DNA from: Camelus ferus
Lineage: Eukaryota
Assembly: GCF_009834535.1 (NCBI RefSeq)
Contig: NC_045698.1
Coordinates: 2,854,001-2,918,000, forward strand
Reading direction: 5' to 3'
Length of the DNA stretch: 64,000 nt
In this document: positions 11,716 through 24,820 of the stretch, one piece after another
Layout of the letters: the number at the start of each line of letters is the position of its first letter
Numbering within the stretch: position 1 is the first letter of the stretch
Made by a program: the position numbers and the translations under genes
The notes under the pieces: generated by a model
The model's database searches: none
The model's input: the letters and a program-made list of their open reading frames with translations, nothing else
Told to the model about the DNA's origin: nothing

Positions 11716-13899
11716 TGAACCAGCTGGCCGGCCAGCCTTTTCACCACCAGGTACTGATACACCAAGTGTCATAATGCCTACATGTGCTGATACCAACCTT
11801 GCCCTCTAGAAACCCACCATGGGATACGCAGGCAACACAGACAAGGACAGGGAGGGAAAAGCTGTAATATGACTGGGTGAGATTCTGTGGGAGCAGGACC
11901 CCCCAGAAAACTCTGGGGAAGTCAAGTCCACTTAATCTCCTTAAGGAATTAGTGATGCGTGGGCCGGGACCTAATAACTTCGCATTTACATTTGACATAA
12001 GTTGTAACAAATGTGAGGAAACATGTTTTCCTTTATGCCAAATCTAGTAAGGCATGTTGAGCTGCAAGTGCACCTTAATTTTATGTATTATTAAGAAAAA
12101 AGTAGCAATATGACAGTCTCACAGGAGACCTGCATAGTGGGGTGATCAAAGAGTTACGGCTTCAGTGTGAGGACGAACGAAAACAGAGCCAGAACCCAAA
12201 ACCACAGGGAGGAAACCTACATATCCTGGCTTTGGCCTGGGGTGGGAGAAGAACAAAATCTCCTCTAAAAATTTGCATCTCACGCTGGCACGCACATGGG
12301 TTTTTACTTGGAATTCACACTGCCAGCAAAGTACAAAGATCCTCAGGCAGAGAATTTATCTTAAAATGGTTTAAAGCTGATGGGCTCCCAGATTACGAAC
12401 AGTTGAAATGCAAATCCTCTTCAGAAGGCTCCGAGCTCCATCCAGGCCTACAGCGACTACACAACACCATTGACGGAAAGTTGCATGTCAGTTTCAGAGA
12501 CGATAAAACACAAACATAAGCAATCACCTGCGAATCCATATTTGTAGATGTGTAGTCATACGGGGTGTGGGTGCGCACTCAAAATGTTTATCTCCTGTTT
12601 GCCACAGCTGGCTTTGAGACTCACAAAGACTGGCCATATTTATAGGTAGGGCTATGATGTAAATGTGTGGCAAAAGTTTGGTAAAATTGCTATCAAGTAG
12701 TTTATTAGCTGTGAGCCTAATAAAAAATACGTTTGAACTCTCTTCTCATTGAGCTGTAGTTTTCAAAGGTGACGTTGTGATTTAGAAAACCATCTTACGA
12801 GAAGTGGAATTCTTCCATTTTACGTTTGCCAAACATGAACGTTTTGATGAATAAAAAATACATGAGGGTTGATGCTTTTTGTCTTTATCTATGAGAACGG
12901 GTCTCGTCACTGAGACCGGTGTTCGAATTTTCTATCAGATTGTGGGATGGGCATAAGTAAGCCCTTCTGACTTCTCTGATAGAGTTACTAAAATGTTTTA
13001 CTTTTGCAAGACCCTTTTAGGGGTAAGTCTAGTTGACATGACAACCATTTTCAGGAATAAAATTAACTTTAGGACCCATGACAACCAAGATTTAGAGTAA
13101 AATACAGAACTCGACATGATCAAAGTTCCCTAGTGGCTGAAGAGTACAGTTGCCTTTTCAGGAATTGATGTCACTTAAGTTTCTGCTCTGGGCCATGTGA
13201 CCAGAGTCATAAAAGGTCCTGCCGTATTTGGGAACTGGGGTGAAAATGCCTTCTCTGAACCTCAGTTTCATATCAGTGTTCACTCAGCAGATACTGGTGG
13301 ACTTGTTCTATGTGTTAGGGGCTCTTTGAGGCACTGGGGGTGCATGGAGGGGTCAAGGCACTCTCTCAGGTGTGCTACACTCCAGGAGTCCCAGTTGTGG
13401 ACATGGGGCTCATTCTGTGTGCCCATAACAGCTCCTCAGTCACTAACGATCACTAATGTGATTGTGAATGAGCTACAGAATTCTTAAGCACTGAGTCGAT
13501 AACCTGAGAATAGCCCTGAAAGCGGAGCAACATTCCACACAGACAGCAGTCAGGCACTTGGAAAAAAAGCTTGTTGATGTCCGAGAGCAGAAACTCTCTT
13601 TAGAAGCACCACTAAAAGGTGATGCAAGGCTACGACATGTTCATGTAGCTTTTCAATTACCTAGTCCGTGGACATTTACATATGTTCCCGGGAGTGGTCA
13701 TCTTTGTTCTTGCTTGTCCTCCATTCCTGACTTTTTCTCCCACCACCTGGACTGAAGGTCTGCTATGCACCAGGAGAATGTCTACCATGTCATCTTCAGG
13801 ACCATGTTTCCAGGACCCCACAGTCCAGCAAGGGGACAAAATAGATATGCAGTTAATGTTTAAAATACCCTTGACAAATGTTGTCACTTAAGTATGCAG

Positions 13900-14185
13900 A
13901 GGACGTGGACCTGGCAATCGGGGGTGGGGGGGGCTCTGTTGTCTTGGGGTGGGAGAGAAGGGGGAGACAGGGAGGAAAGGAAAGCTACACTGAGAAGGAT
14001 GATCTCCAGGTCGCCTCCTGGGAGAGGGTGGAAATGTTAGGTGTCTTGATGGTGGTGGTGGCTTCATGGGTGTAGACATCTATCAAAACTTATCAAATCG
14101 TGCTGAAATATGTGTAGTTTATTGCACAGGAATTATATCACATTAAGTTGTTTAAATAATGAAAAAAATAAAAAAAAAAAAGAAA
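13900..14185 (+). mobile_element. Old L1M 3' end
   Basis: ggaaatgttaggtgtcttgatggtggtggtgg...tcaaaacttatcaaatcg...tgtagtttattg, followed by an A-rich tail. Confidence 0.7.
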
Positions 14186-16831
14186 AGCTACAGAGAGAAA
14201 AAATTAGAATGTGAGCTAAATTCTGAAAACAGAATGGAAGGACTCCCCACTGAGTTGACTTTGCTTCTGTTTGTATTTAATATTTTTAGAAAGGCCTGCA
14301 AGGACAGGTCTCTGGGATGGGTGAGAAATCCCAGAAAACACACAAATAGAGGTCATTCTCATGTTCTTGTGACTAATTATTGATTCCAAAAGCTTCAAAA
14401 ATATCTCTGTCCAACCTCAGTCACACAGACATGTGTTTCCATGATTGCCTCTAAACAGAACCCAGGACCAAGGAACCGCAACGGGTCAGGGAGAACCCAG
14501 ACACCACCCAGTCAGCTCCTCGCCTGCAGAACGTGGTCCTCCAGGGCCCACTCTGGATGATGAACGGACTCTAGCTTTTCAAAAACAGCACACGCTTCCC
14601 TGGTTATAACTGGCCAGCCCCACTAACATGCTATGAATGGATGGATCTGTGCAAACTCTCGGTTTCCTGCACTCAGCAGCCTTTGGGTATCTGAGGATAC
14701 TGAGTGCTCTGCCCCACAGGCTTTGCCCCAGACCCGACAATCCCATGGAGTTTGCCTCATATTTATTTTTATGGACTTAATGCATTCTTGAAGACCCAAA
14801 CTAAAGTGTGTGTATGTGTGTGTGTGCGCATGCACGTGTTTTCAAATAAAACAAATTGAAGTTAAAACTAACCACATGTCTCAGTGAATCCAGGCTGCCT
14901 TGTGACTCTTGAAAAATAAAAATAAGTGAGTAAGTGCTTTTCAAAGAGATATTTTAACCTCCTGCCAACACCATTGCAGTAAAATATGATTTTTTATTAT
15001 TATTCAAATGTGAGTTTGGGGACATGATTGAGGTTTTCCTATAATCAGTAAAAATGAGGAAACAACCTAAAAATGTTTGGGCAACCTCCAAATAGAGGAG
15101 AAAAAAAAAGCTTTTAAAGGTGAGTGAGTTAATGCGGCAAATGTGATAATAAAAACCCAACAAAAAGTAGCCCTTCTAGTCCTATATTCTGGCGCACAAA
15201 CTCAGCCATTCTTCAGGGAGACTTTACTGCCTCGTGTCTAATGGCGAGCCCTAATTATAGCACCCACAACCCACAACACGGGGGTAGGGGGGCGGGGAGG
15301 CACGAATAATTATCTACTGCTGCGGTCACAAGGGGGTGTGACCAAGTCTGGGCTCCGTCATGGGCTTTTTCCACCCCTTAAAAATTCTTTCCATTTACAA
15401 TGTGTGACATTGAAAATAAAATCTTGTCACTCAATGTGAAAAGTGAGGTAGCAAAGAGCAAAACTTCCAAATGCGTGGACAGCAGCCCTTTTTCTTGAGG
15501 GTGGTAGGGTCTTCTTGTGTGCATCGCACCTTTTCTCGAAGCATCGCACCTTGGGCTGTGCTCTCACTTTCCCAGCCGCCGGGCAGGGCGTGAGCCGTGT
15601 TTACACACCTCATCTGTAGCCCTTTGCTCTCTCAGCTGAATGCACACTGTGGTTAGTTTCCTCTGCAGTGACTAAATCGCCGTCTATATAAACTCACATT
15701 TTCTGACTTTGCCGGAAAGCCATTGGACCAAAGTTCATGGTCAAAAGTGTGTTTTGCCATCCATTAATGAACTATGTGATCACAAAGAGAATAAGCATTT
15801 GGAAGCAGACTCGTGTGAAGCCCCCTAACATAGCCATCAGCGGTCCCCGCTCGCCAGAGTGGAGGGGCTCGTGCTGTGCGGGGAGGAGAAGGACTCCTGC
15901 TGAAGGATCGCCTGCAAGTGAAACTGGGGCCAGTTCTGTGTCTACACAGCCCCCAGCTCCCTCAGCAAGTGCCTCTCTGTGTAGAGCTGGTTCGCGTCTG
16001 ATGGACTTCAGTCTGTTGCTGAAGAAGAAAGTTGATCAAGCCAGAATACCCATTATGGTGCTTTAAAGATCAGATGAAAAACAGCACTGTTTCCAAACTC
16101 CAGTCGTGTTGCTTGGCTTCCAAGCGCATTACCCCCTGCTGCGAACTCTCAGTGATTGCAAATCAAAGGAAAACGTGGGTCAGAGGACACCTGGAGTAGG
16201 CTGTGACACTCGGGAGGGAGGCAGTGCCGGGGAGCCAGGAGCCCGCGTCCCACAAACGGGGGCCCTGGGATTCCCATCCTTCCCAAAGATGCCAAACTTT
16301 GTGTCAAGGAGGAAGCCCCAGATGGAAATGAAAAATTACACAGGAGATGCCCAAGGGTCTGAAGCAGCCTACTGGCCATCAAACTCCTGTGTGCGCACTG
16401 GAACGAGGGAGGGGTCAGACTGGTTGAAACTAAATGCAAGGAACCAGGCGCATCTGGGAGATAGACCCCAGTCACCAAGGAGGGCAGCTCAAGTCTAAGG
16501 TCGATCCAGGGCAGTTATTTTCCAGAAGCAGGTAAGAGCCAGTGACTTGCTGCCAGAAACCGTCAGTTGAAGGCCAAGTCCCTAGTCAGTGACTAGCCTG
16601 CAAACAGAGCTCTTAAAAAAAAAAAAAATCATTCAATTTCTAACCAGTATCTCACCTTGTATGGCACAGCGCTGTGTTCATTACGTTTTATGTTTTCATC
16701 TAAAAGTGTGGAGAGTTTTAAGCAGATCATATCTTATCATATTTTCCCGAACAGTTACGTTTTTCCTACGTCGAGGACACATCTGTAAGTAGAAGGGAAC
16801 CATTAGATTAAAAGTTTGTGCACAGACTCAC

Positions 16832-16955
16832 CTGAGTAGTGAACAGAATGTCCAATGGGCCCATGATTCATCAGAAGTCTTTCAATTGCTCAAAGAATTG
16901 TTGTTTTTGTCAACACATATGTCTAGTGAGAAAATTCACTGACCCACGGCCTCCT
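16832..16955 (-). pseudogene. Putative exon remnant, 124 nt, phase 2-0: GGRGSVNFLTRHMC*QKQQFFEQLKDF**IMGPLDILFTTQ
   Basis: Acceptor ctattttcatacaatcag| and strong donor CAG|GTGAGT. Three TGA stops (possible CGA>TGA). Joins in frame to the 11022 exon. Confidence 0.55.
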
Positions 16956-18947
16956 CTGATTGTATGAAAATAGACTAGGTTTTCCCATATCAAAGAAATG
17001 AAACTTGGATCATGAGCAGGGGATGCTTCACATTTCAAAGAGTCGAGGACTCAGTGGTAGAGAGACCAGGGCGGTCGGTCCACCTCCATGGTGTGTTTTA
17101 TACGCCATGTGTCCGTCTGCCCTCATGCTGCTCTTAATCTGGCTGAGATGGAAATACTCACACTTGAAGTCCCTTCCTTCCAATGCCGTTGTACGTTAGA
17201 CAGAACTACTGATTCCAAAGTTCTAAAATCAAAATTTTCTAAAGTCAGAAAATCAGATCAATTCCTTAATTCCCAGCCTCCCCAAATGCTAACACAATCA
17301 TATTTTATTGGCTAATTCAATTGGAAGGACTATTTCCAAGCAACTAAATTTTCTAAGAAACAATCTTTCTCTTTAAACAGAGGCAGTTTTGAGCAAAAGG
17401 TATAGGATTTTGTACAAGCTGGCAATGAATCGTAAAAAAATTAATCATCGTCCTGCAGTTCTGCATTTCTTTGGGGGCTATTTTCCCCTTCATAATTCAA
17501 AGCTTAAAGGGGTTTCTGAAAACCAACTTGGGAAAAACACCATTAGTCTAAAGCTAATGTAGAACTTTTAAGTTATGTTAAATTTTAGGCCTAAAGGTTT
17601 AATTTCCATGCTTTTTGGTTGTAAGCCAGACAGACTCCAAATATTCGCTTAATATGCTTTCTTATGGTTTAATGTGTAGTAATTTTAGGATTTTGGAATA
17701 TTTATTTTCCTGAAAAAATGTGCTCCACTGGTATTTCTGGGGGAGAAAAAAATATTTAAGAGCAAACTTACCAAGTAAAACTATGAAGCTCATTAGTATA
17801 ATCTGAAGAAAAAAAAAGTATGAGATATTCCACATGATTTTTTTTTGTTTTATCTATATCCCATTCCAGAAATTGAACAAAGGAATTAGTGGCAAAGCTA
17901 TAAATGTGAATTCATATTCAAAGGAAAATGATACAATAGGCAAATAAGAAAGTCTTGAGCGTGTCCACGATGGAAGGCACCGTCATCTTATTCCAGAGCT
18001 CTCACTGCTGAGTAAAAGCATCGTGCCTCACCTGCCAAAGAGCATGTCCATCAGTGGGAATCAGAGTGGTGGTGAGGACAGGTCACCAGCCGTCTTTACC
18101 CCCTGCCTTTCTCCCAGCCAACGGGGGAGGAGGAGGCAGGAGAGTCCGCCCCGGCACCTGGGGACCACGGCCTCACACTGCCCGCCACGGGCCGATGATA
18201 AGGCAGAGAGGGCTCTGTGACAGGAGGAGGAGTGAATGCCCGGGGCCCAACAGCAGTTCACCACGTTTTCAAGAAGCATGCTACTGGCATCCTCCGTCTG
18301 AATTCGTAGCATTTTATGTAGGGAATTATTTTTTAGTGTCCTTCAAATTGTTGTACATTAAACTAAGGGGAAAAATGGACTTTCTAACCAAAAAAAAAAA
18401 AAAAACATTAAATTAAAAAAAATTGGAAAGGGAAATGAGAGTCAAATAGCAGGCAGATAAACACAGTTTGGGGCTAGATTTAGAGGTGGAAACTGTGTGC
18501 ATGTTTCATCGCAGTATAGGAGGACTCTTCCTGGTGCACAAGCCTCTCTCCTCCTCCGCCTGGAATTGTGTCATTAGACATGCATTTCTTTGACTCTGCC
18601 TGGCCCACTCTTTCTACTCAGTGCAGTGTTCTTGGGAGATGCGTGTTGATTGTGAGTTCACTCAAGCTTTGCTGTGACTCCCTGTCCCAGCTTCCCTTCC
18701 CCCTGGCACAGAGCAGCCTCCGTACCTAATTGATAGCGTCCAGTGATGGGCAGGACAGTGGGGCAGAAGCTCCAGGTAGCACCTGCAGACCCAAAGCACC
18801 CAAGGCTGAGAGAGGCTCAGGGCTCTGGGTGGGGGAGCCACTGTCACCCTACCAAGTGGCAGCACATGTCCAGGGGCCCTAAGAGCTTTAACCACTGCTC
18901 CTCAGGACACTGTTTAAACGAGATTTCATATTCTACATGTAAAAGTC

Positions 18948-19305
18948 ATGCTATGCTCTGGAAGTTTGTATGCTCCCAAAACTCACATGTTGAAATTTTA
19001 GCCCCCCCCCCCCAATGATGGAATGAGAAGGCGAGCCTTTGGGAGGTGACTGGGTGAGGAGAGTAGAGCTGTCCCGAACGGGGTGAGTGCCCTCGTGAAA
19101 GAGGCCCCAGAGGGCCCCTCGTCCCCTCCGCCACGTGACGACACGGAGAGAAAGGGCAGTCTCGGCACCAGAGCAGGGCCCTCACTGCACCGAGCGGCGC
19201 CGTGACCTCGGGACTCCCAGCCTTCAGAACGGAGAGAAGCCGATTTCCACTGTCCATCAGCTGCCCGCTCTGTGCTGTCCGTCATCGCAGCCCAACGGAC
19301 CAGGT
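18948..19305 (+). mobile_element. MLT1A-like MaLR LTR, strongly GC/CpG-shifted
   Basis: tgctatg...ctcccaaaactcacatgttgaaatt...cctttgggaggtgactgggtgagg...ccagccttcagaac. Colinear with the copy at 45913-46267. Confidence 0.85.
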
Positions 19306-20200
19306 GTCTGGTGAAAACTCAACGCTTTATAGCAAGTCATAAGTTAGAGGATGCCTTTTCTGTCGGGTGTGCCCCACGTCACGCGCGGAGCATTCTAAGA
19401 CACGCGTTCCCAGGACCCGCCCACGCTCCATGTGAACCCGGTTCCCGGGGGCCGACCCGTCTCCGGGCTCCAGGGACGCGGTGCCGGATGAAGCGGGTGC
19501 TGCCGCCCGCAGGCTCCCGGCGTCCTGGCAGCGGCGGCCGCGGTCGGGCCCGGGTGGCGTGCTCCCCCCCCCGCCCCCCGGCAGCATGTGGTTCCAGCCG
19601 CTTTTCCGCGTGGGTCTGTTGGTTGGGGGGGCGCTGGGGAGAGCCCTTCCCGCCGCGCACGGCCTGCAGGCGGAAGGGCCCCTTCGCGCTCTGTGTCCCG
19701 CCTCCACCGCCTCTGTTTCCCTCCCTCCGCTGCGCGTGGCTCCCTCGTCCTCGCAGGGCCCTCCGCGCGCGCGGGCTACTCGCCGAGGGGCCCCGGGGCG
19801 CAGCCCCTTCTTGCCCGGAGGGGCAGAAGAGCAGAGGCGTCCTCAGTGATGACGGCGAGTGTTCGGTCGGAGCGATGCGAGTATCCACGGCCGAGGGCGT
19901 CGGCCCGGCCTTTCTCTCGTGGGGTTTAAGCGGTCATGACCGCCTGCACAGCCTCGGGTCGACCCGGGATAAGAAATCCGGATTCAGTCTCGATTCTGCT
20001 GGTAAGGAGTCACGTAACCTTAGTCCACGAACTTTCCTTCTCAGATCCCTTGTCCTGCTCTCAAAGGCCTCACTTCCCCATCTGCAAATACCCTCTTCTG
20101 CCTTAATTCTCAGCGTTTTCTGGGGCGTCGTCAGGAGGCCGCTGAGTCCCCCGGCCTTCATCCCTCACTGGAAAGACTGAGCGTCAGGCAGTGCCCGGGC
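19050..20200. promoter_or_regulatory. CpG island 2
   Basis: Very high GC and CpG density, starting inside the MLT1A LTR. Confidence 0.85.
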
Positions 20201-20579
20201 ACAGTCTGCATCTCTTTGGGGCGTGCATTTCTGAGGTGATCTACTGTCCTACCATCATTTATTTCTTCTCTGCCGATATTAACTGGAGAACATCGTGCTG
20301 GATTATAAAATCAATGAGCTTGCTACAACAAAGGAAGAGTAATTGTATCTACTTGATAAACATATGTTGTCTCTGGCCTCACGCTTTTCAGTGATTCTGT
20401 ATGTATGATCACACACGTATGCAACAATAGGTAGAGATGGATTTTTTTCCAATTTATATGAATTGTATTTTTAGCTCATATTTCTTGGGGTTTTAGGGAA
20501 GAGGAAGACTGGGAACAGACTGGATTGTGGGCAGAAGACCCAACCTTTGATGACTCATTTAAGTCTAGATGGCAGATGT

Positions 20580-20685
20580 TGGGTCACATTTACAGATGAA
20601 GAAACAGAGATTCTGGGAAGTGCATGGACATGCCCTGGCACGTACGCAGCAGAGATGGGATGGAAGCCCAGGTCTGTTCAGCTAA
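20580..20685 (-). mobile_element. MIR SINE fragment
   Basis: catttacagatgaagaaacagagattctgg...gggatggaagcccaggtctg core. Confidence 0.7.
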
Positions 20686-21064
20686 ATCAGGACACGACCC
20701 GTGGGTATACTCTCCCCAGCGAGGATCCTGCATCTGTGCGGTCCAGGCAGTTGCTCTGTGAGGACCAAGTCACATTTGATACATTTATGTATACCTACCA
20801 TCCAAATTCCATTTTTAATTATGCAGCTTAATTTAAAAAAAAAACACACTTTCAAATAAAAACCTATTGGAAAAATTTTCCAAATTATTAATTCTGTTCA
20901 GAAAAAAGGAATAAAAATAATACTTGTATTATAGAGAATTTACAACGAAGGCTCTTAAGGGTGTAAATATTTCTTAGGCGATCATGGCGACGGTCTAGCC
21001 ACTCCCTTTTGCGAGCCCTTGAATTGAACCTGAGAGTATGGCGTGCATTGAAATTGAACATCAC

Positions 21065-21190
21065 CTGTGGCAGCTCGAGTACAGCCATGACTTTTTGTCA
21101 CACACCATAGTCTTGATAAGAAGGAAAACTTCTGAGTTTGCTTCAGGTTTTGCTGACTTGTCCCTTTTAATCCATTGGTTCCTCATGAGG
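21065..21190 (-). pseudogene. Putative exon remnant, 126 nt; phase-2 frame is open: LMRNQWIKRDKSAKPEANSEVFLLIKTMVCDKKSWLYSSCH(R)
   Basis: Acceptor gttgtctatttacag| and donor CAG|GTGATG. Length is a multiple of 3. Phase fits the neighbouring exons at 27.2 kb and 16.9 kb. Confidence 0.55.
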
Positions 21191-21859
21191 CTGTAAATAG
21201 ACAACATTGCTGATTTGACTGGAAAAAAGTATGTGCCCACTAAATTTAGAAAAGTCATTCAACTGAAATATAATGAAAAAATATATTGTCAATCAGGAAA
21301 CTCAGATGGGGCAACTATTTGATGTGTTTCAAGGGGCTAACAAAAAACTGCATTGCCTTTATAAATATTTCAGCTCTGAGAAAATGGATATTTGACCTTT
21401 TCAAAACATTTTGATTATTATCTGAGATCTTGATGATTCCCTTCAGGTATGTAGCTGTTTCAGAGGAAGCACTGTAGAATCTCAATGCCTGCTGCTCAGA
21501 CCTCACGGTATCCACTGAGATTGTGGGAACACACACATGACAGTGGACATGTGGTCTTTGGCGTTCTTCTGCATGGAGTCAGGCCTGGGGACAGACAAAT
21601 CTGGGCTGTGATCTGGAGCTGAGATTTGCTGGTCTGAGCCACCCTTACTCGGTGCTTCTGTGACATCTCAGGACGCCTCTCCAGCCTGTGGTAGGACTGA
21701 GCACTGGCTTTTGTGTTGTCTTATTTTTCTTTCTTGAACGTCAGCTCCTACAGGGCAGGTGCGGCACAGTTTGGTTTGACATTCTCTAGCACTCGGTGGA
21801 GAGAGTACCCCTGGTGGGTGCCCACCACATAAGATGTCGTGCGTCACACTCTAGTGTGG

Positions 21860-22200
21860 GTCCACTCCTGTCTTTATTGAGCTAAAACCTAGAGAAATAG
21901 CCTAAGGAAGTAACTGAACACATCATTCACACAAGTACATAAGAAAACAAAAATATGTGGCTAGCAGCATTGTTGATGAGAGCAAGATATGGGAACATTT
22001 TAAATGTTCTTATTTAAGAGATTAGATAAATAAATTATGGTTTCTCTATACAGTGAAATGCTGTTGTTATTATAAACTCTGAGGCAGCTCTACGTGCAAT
22101 GGCAGATGCTAACAAATATTAATGATCTGTTAAGTAAAAAAAAAAAAACAGATTCTAAACAGTATGATCCCATTTTTATTAAAACTCCACTTGCACATGC
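21860..22200 (+). mobile_element. Old L1ME-like fragment
   Basis: gcagcattgttgatgagagcaaga...taaatgttc...gataaataaattatgg...acagtgaaatgctg. Confidence 0.6.
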
Positions 22201-22427
22201 ATATGTGCCAAGGGAAGGGTGTAACTCAGCATTTTAACACAGTGTTTTCCCCTAGATACTGTCTGTTCCAGTCTCTCTTTTTGCCCATGTGTATGTTCAA
22301 GTTCTTCTGTAAATATAAAGGGTAATTGAGTACTATGAAAACTATTAACAGCAGTATCAGTGAGCTAAAACACAACTAAGAAACAAACTACATGTGTACA
22401 CGCACTACCTTATCGTAGGGGACTTCT

Positions 22428-22820
22428 GGTGGGCCAAGGTGTGTTCCCCCAGCCCCAAAGCCCTGACGTTGAAGTCCTCGCCTCCAGTGCTTCAAAATGT
22501 GAATGTATTTGAAGATAAGGTCTTTGAAGAGTTAGTGAAGATATAATAAGGTCATTTGGGTGGGCTGAAGTCCAATATCACCGAGGTCCATGTAAAAAGA
22601 GGCGAGTACACAGACTCCCACAGAAGAAAGACCGCGGGAAGACACAGGGAGAAAAAGACAGCCACTTGCAAGTCAAAGAGGGCGGCCGTAGAAGAGACTA
22701 CCCTGTTGGCATCTTGCTCTGGGATGTCTAGACTCCAGAATTGTGAGAACATCAATTTCTGATCGTTAAGACACTCACTGGTTGGTACATTGTCACGGCA
22801 GCTTGAACAAACCCATCCAG
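22428..22820 (+). mobile_element. MLT1B-like MaLR LTR
   Basis: gttgaagtcctcgcctccagtgcttcaaaatgtgaatgtatttgaagataaggtcttt...ctagactccagaattgtgagaacatcaatttctg. Confidence 0.85.
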
Positions 22821-23849
22821 AGATGCTCTCCTGAGCGCCAGTAACGAGTCTGCACTGGATGTCAAACTTTACATATTTTTTCCATTTTATACTCTCCTCG
22901 ATGCTTTGAAGTTCATTATTAATTTCATTTTACATGTGAGGACACTGAGGCATTCAGAGAAAACTCGACAAGACTAACCCCCTTCCTCACATAAACAAAG
23001 CCCTGGACTGTCTCACCCATGGCATCCAGCCCAGGCGGACAGCTCCCGCCAGGACAGCACGCGCGCACTGAGGCTACTTCGGTCCTCTTCCCCATCAGAT
23101 TGACTTCCCGTATCCCATTCCTGCTAATGGTAGCACTGACTTCAGTATGTTATCTCCTGAGTTTCAGCGTTTACGTGCTAAGCTCTCTCTTCGTCCACTT
23201 AATTAAGATGTGTGCACCTCCTCAAGACATCCAGAGAAAATTGAATTACGGGATTTTTTTTTCATGTATTTTGGCGGTGCAATATTGATAGTGCTTTTAG
23301 AAGGTCTTTTTTAGGACCTTTAACATCGCAGTACGCAGGCAGATGAAGGACAAGCCAAATGGAGTCTAACTTGGAGTTGCTTTGCTGTGCTTTTCCTCGC
23401 CCTATGGATTGTCATCTGCTTGTGACCCTATTAACAAGCTATTCTGAGTCTCCCCATCCACGTAGATGGTCACATGGTTCCGTGTAGAATATAATTAGCT
23501 ATTTATTAGGGAAAATTCAGTGTAGCTATAGATTTTCACAACTCCAGTGTCCAGCAGTAGGCAGTTCGGTGTGTCTTTATAAAGCCGTGTCCTAGAAATC
23601 TGATTTGCCAGAGCCAGGAGTCTGTTTCCAGGACTTAAGTAAAATGACGCTCGTGGGTATTCCTGCAGTTCCAGTCGGAGTTTGTCATAATAGCCAGTGG
23701 AGTTAGACTGAGTCATCTGTTACCGGCGTGACAGTGCTCCACTGCGGAATTCCTTCCTGCAGAAATTAGAAACCGTAAGCATTACAGCCCTCCCGAAGAG
23801 GAGGGTGGCTGCAAATGGTTCTTAGAGAAAAAGAAATGATTTATTTTCT

Positions 23850-24820
23850 ATTCTGTGCGTAAGATGCCCACGAAGAGGGAAGCTTTTCTCTCTGTCCATC
23901 TTTTATCGAGCACAAGCCTAGCTTCCCCCAAGAAAAACAGTAAAAGCCATCAAGCCCAGAATTGCACCCTAACTTTTATGGTGTGGGTTGCCGAAGGCCA
24001 GCGGGCTTTGATTGCGCAGAAACAAGATGGCAGCGATGTTCTTGCGGAGGGAGCTCCCGGGACAAGCCTGCTAATTTATGGGCGTGGGGAGATCTGTGCC
24101 GCGCAGCTCTTCTGCCGGTAATAGCTGCGCTCAGCTTCCCCGTTTGCCTCACGTTGCGCCGCAGACTAGCGCTCGGTGGCCGGAGCAAAGGTGCTGTGCT
24201 CAGCCATAATTCAAAAGACTCTGACATGAAGAAAGTGTTATGATGTTTAACTTATAGGGCATCCAAATGTCATAGACCCAAGCAAGCTCCTATTAGCAAT
24301 AACTCAGGGCCTCTGAAGGGATTTGACATTCAGAACTGATGGGCGCTGGTCCCCGGGGCCTGCTCCGACCTGGCCTCTGCCAGGCCACTCGGCGAGCGGA
24401 GTGGCCCTGGGGTCAAAGCACAAGAGCCCTCTTCAGTTTAAAGAGCGGCTTCTTCCCGGTTGCCGGGGTTCTGACTCGGCACAATAAATTTCCCAAAGAG
24501 CATAAAGAGCCGTCTAGTGTATATCAAATCAATATCACTGCGGCTTGCAGCGATATCTGAGGCTACAGTTCACAAAATGAACTAGGCCAGGGGCAGGATT
24601 TCTGCCCTTGGCAATCAATCAGGCTCCCGGGTCATGGATTTTAGTGTAAATTAACACAGCAGAAGCCATCATGCTCCCCAGACGATGATATAATACAGGA
24701 TTTGCTTTCTTTTTTTCTTTCTTTTTTTTTTCCTAAACCCCATTTCATTGCTTGTGCTCGGAGGTGATGTTACACTGAACAGAAATAACAAGAAGTAGTT
24801 ATTAGGAAGGTGATGGAAGT
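23850..24820. promoter_or_regulatory. Candidate conserved developmental enhancer
   Basis: Repeat-free, CpG-retaining block with clustered TAATT/TTTATGG, CTTTGAT/TCAAAG, ACAAT and AATCAAT motifs. Conservation not verifiable here. Confidence 0.5.

Noticed and set aside
19272..20180. 302-aa ORF and overlapping ORFs
   Set aside because: Several frames on both strands are open in GC-rich DNA, it starts inside an LTR, and there is no recognisable domain.
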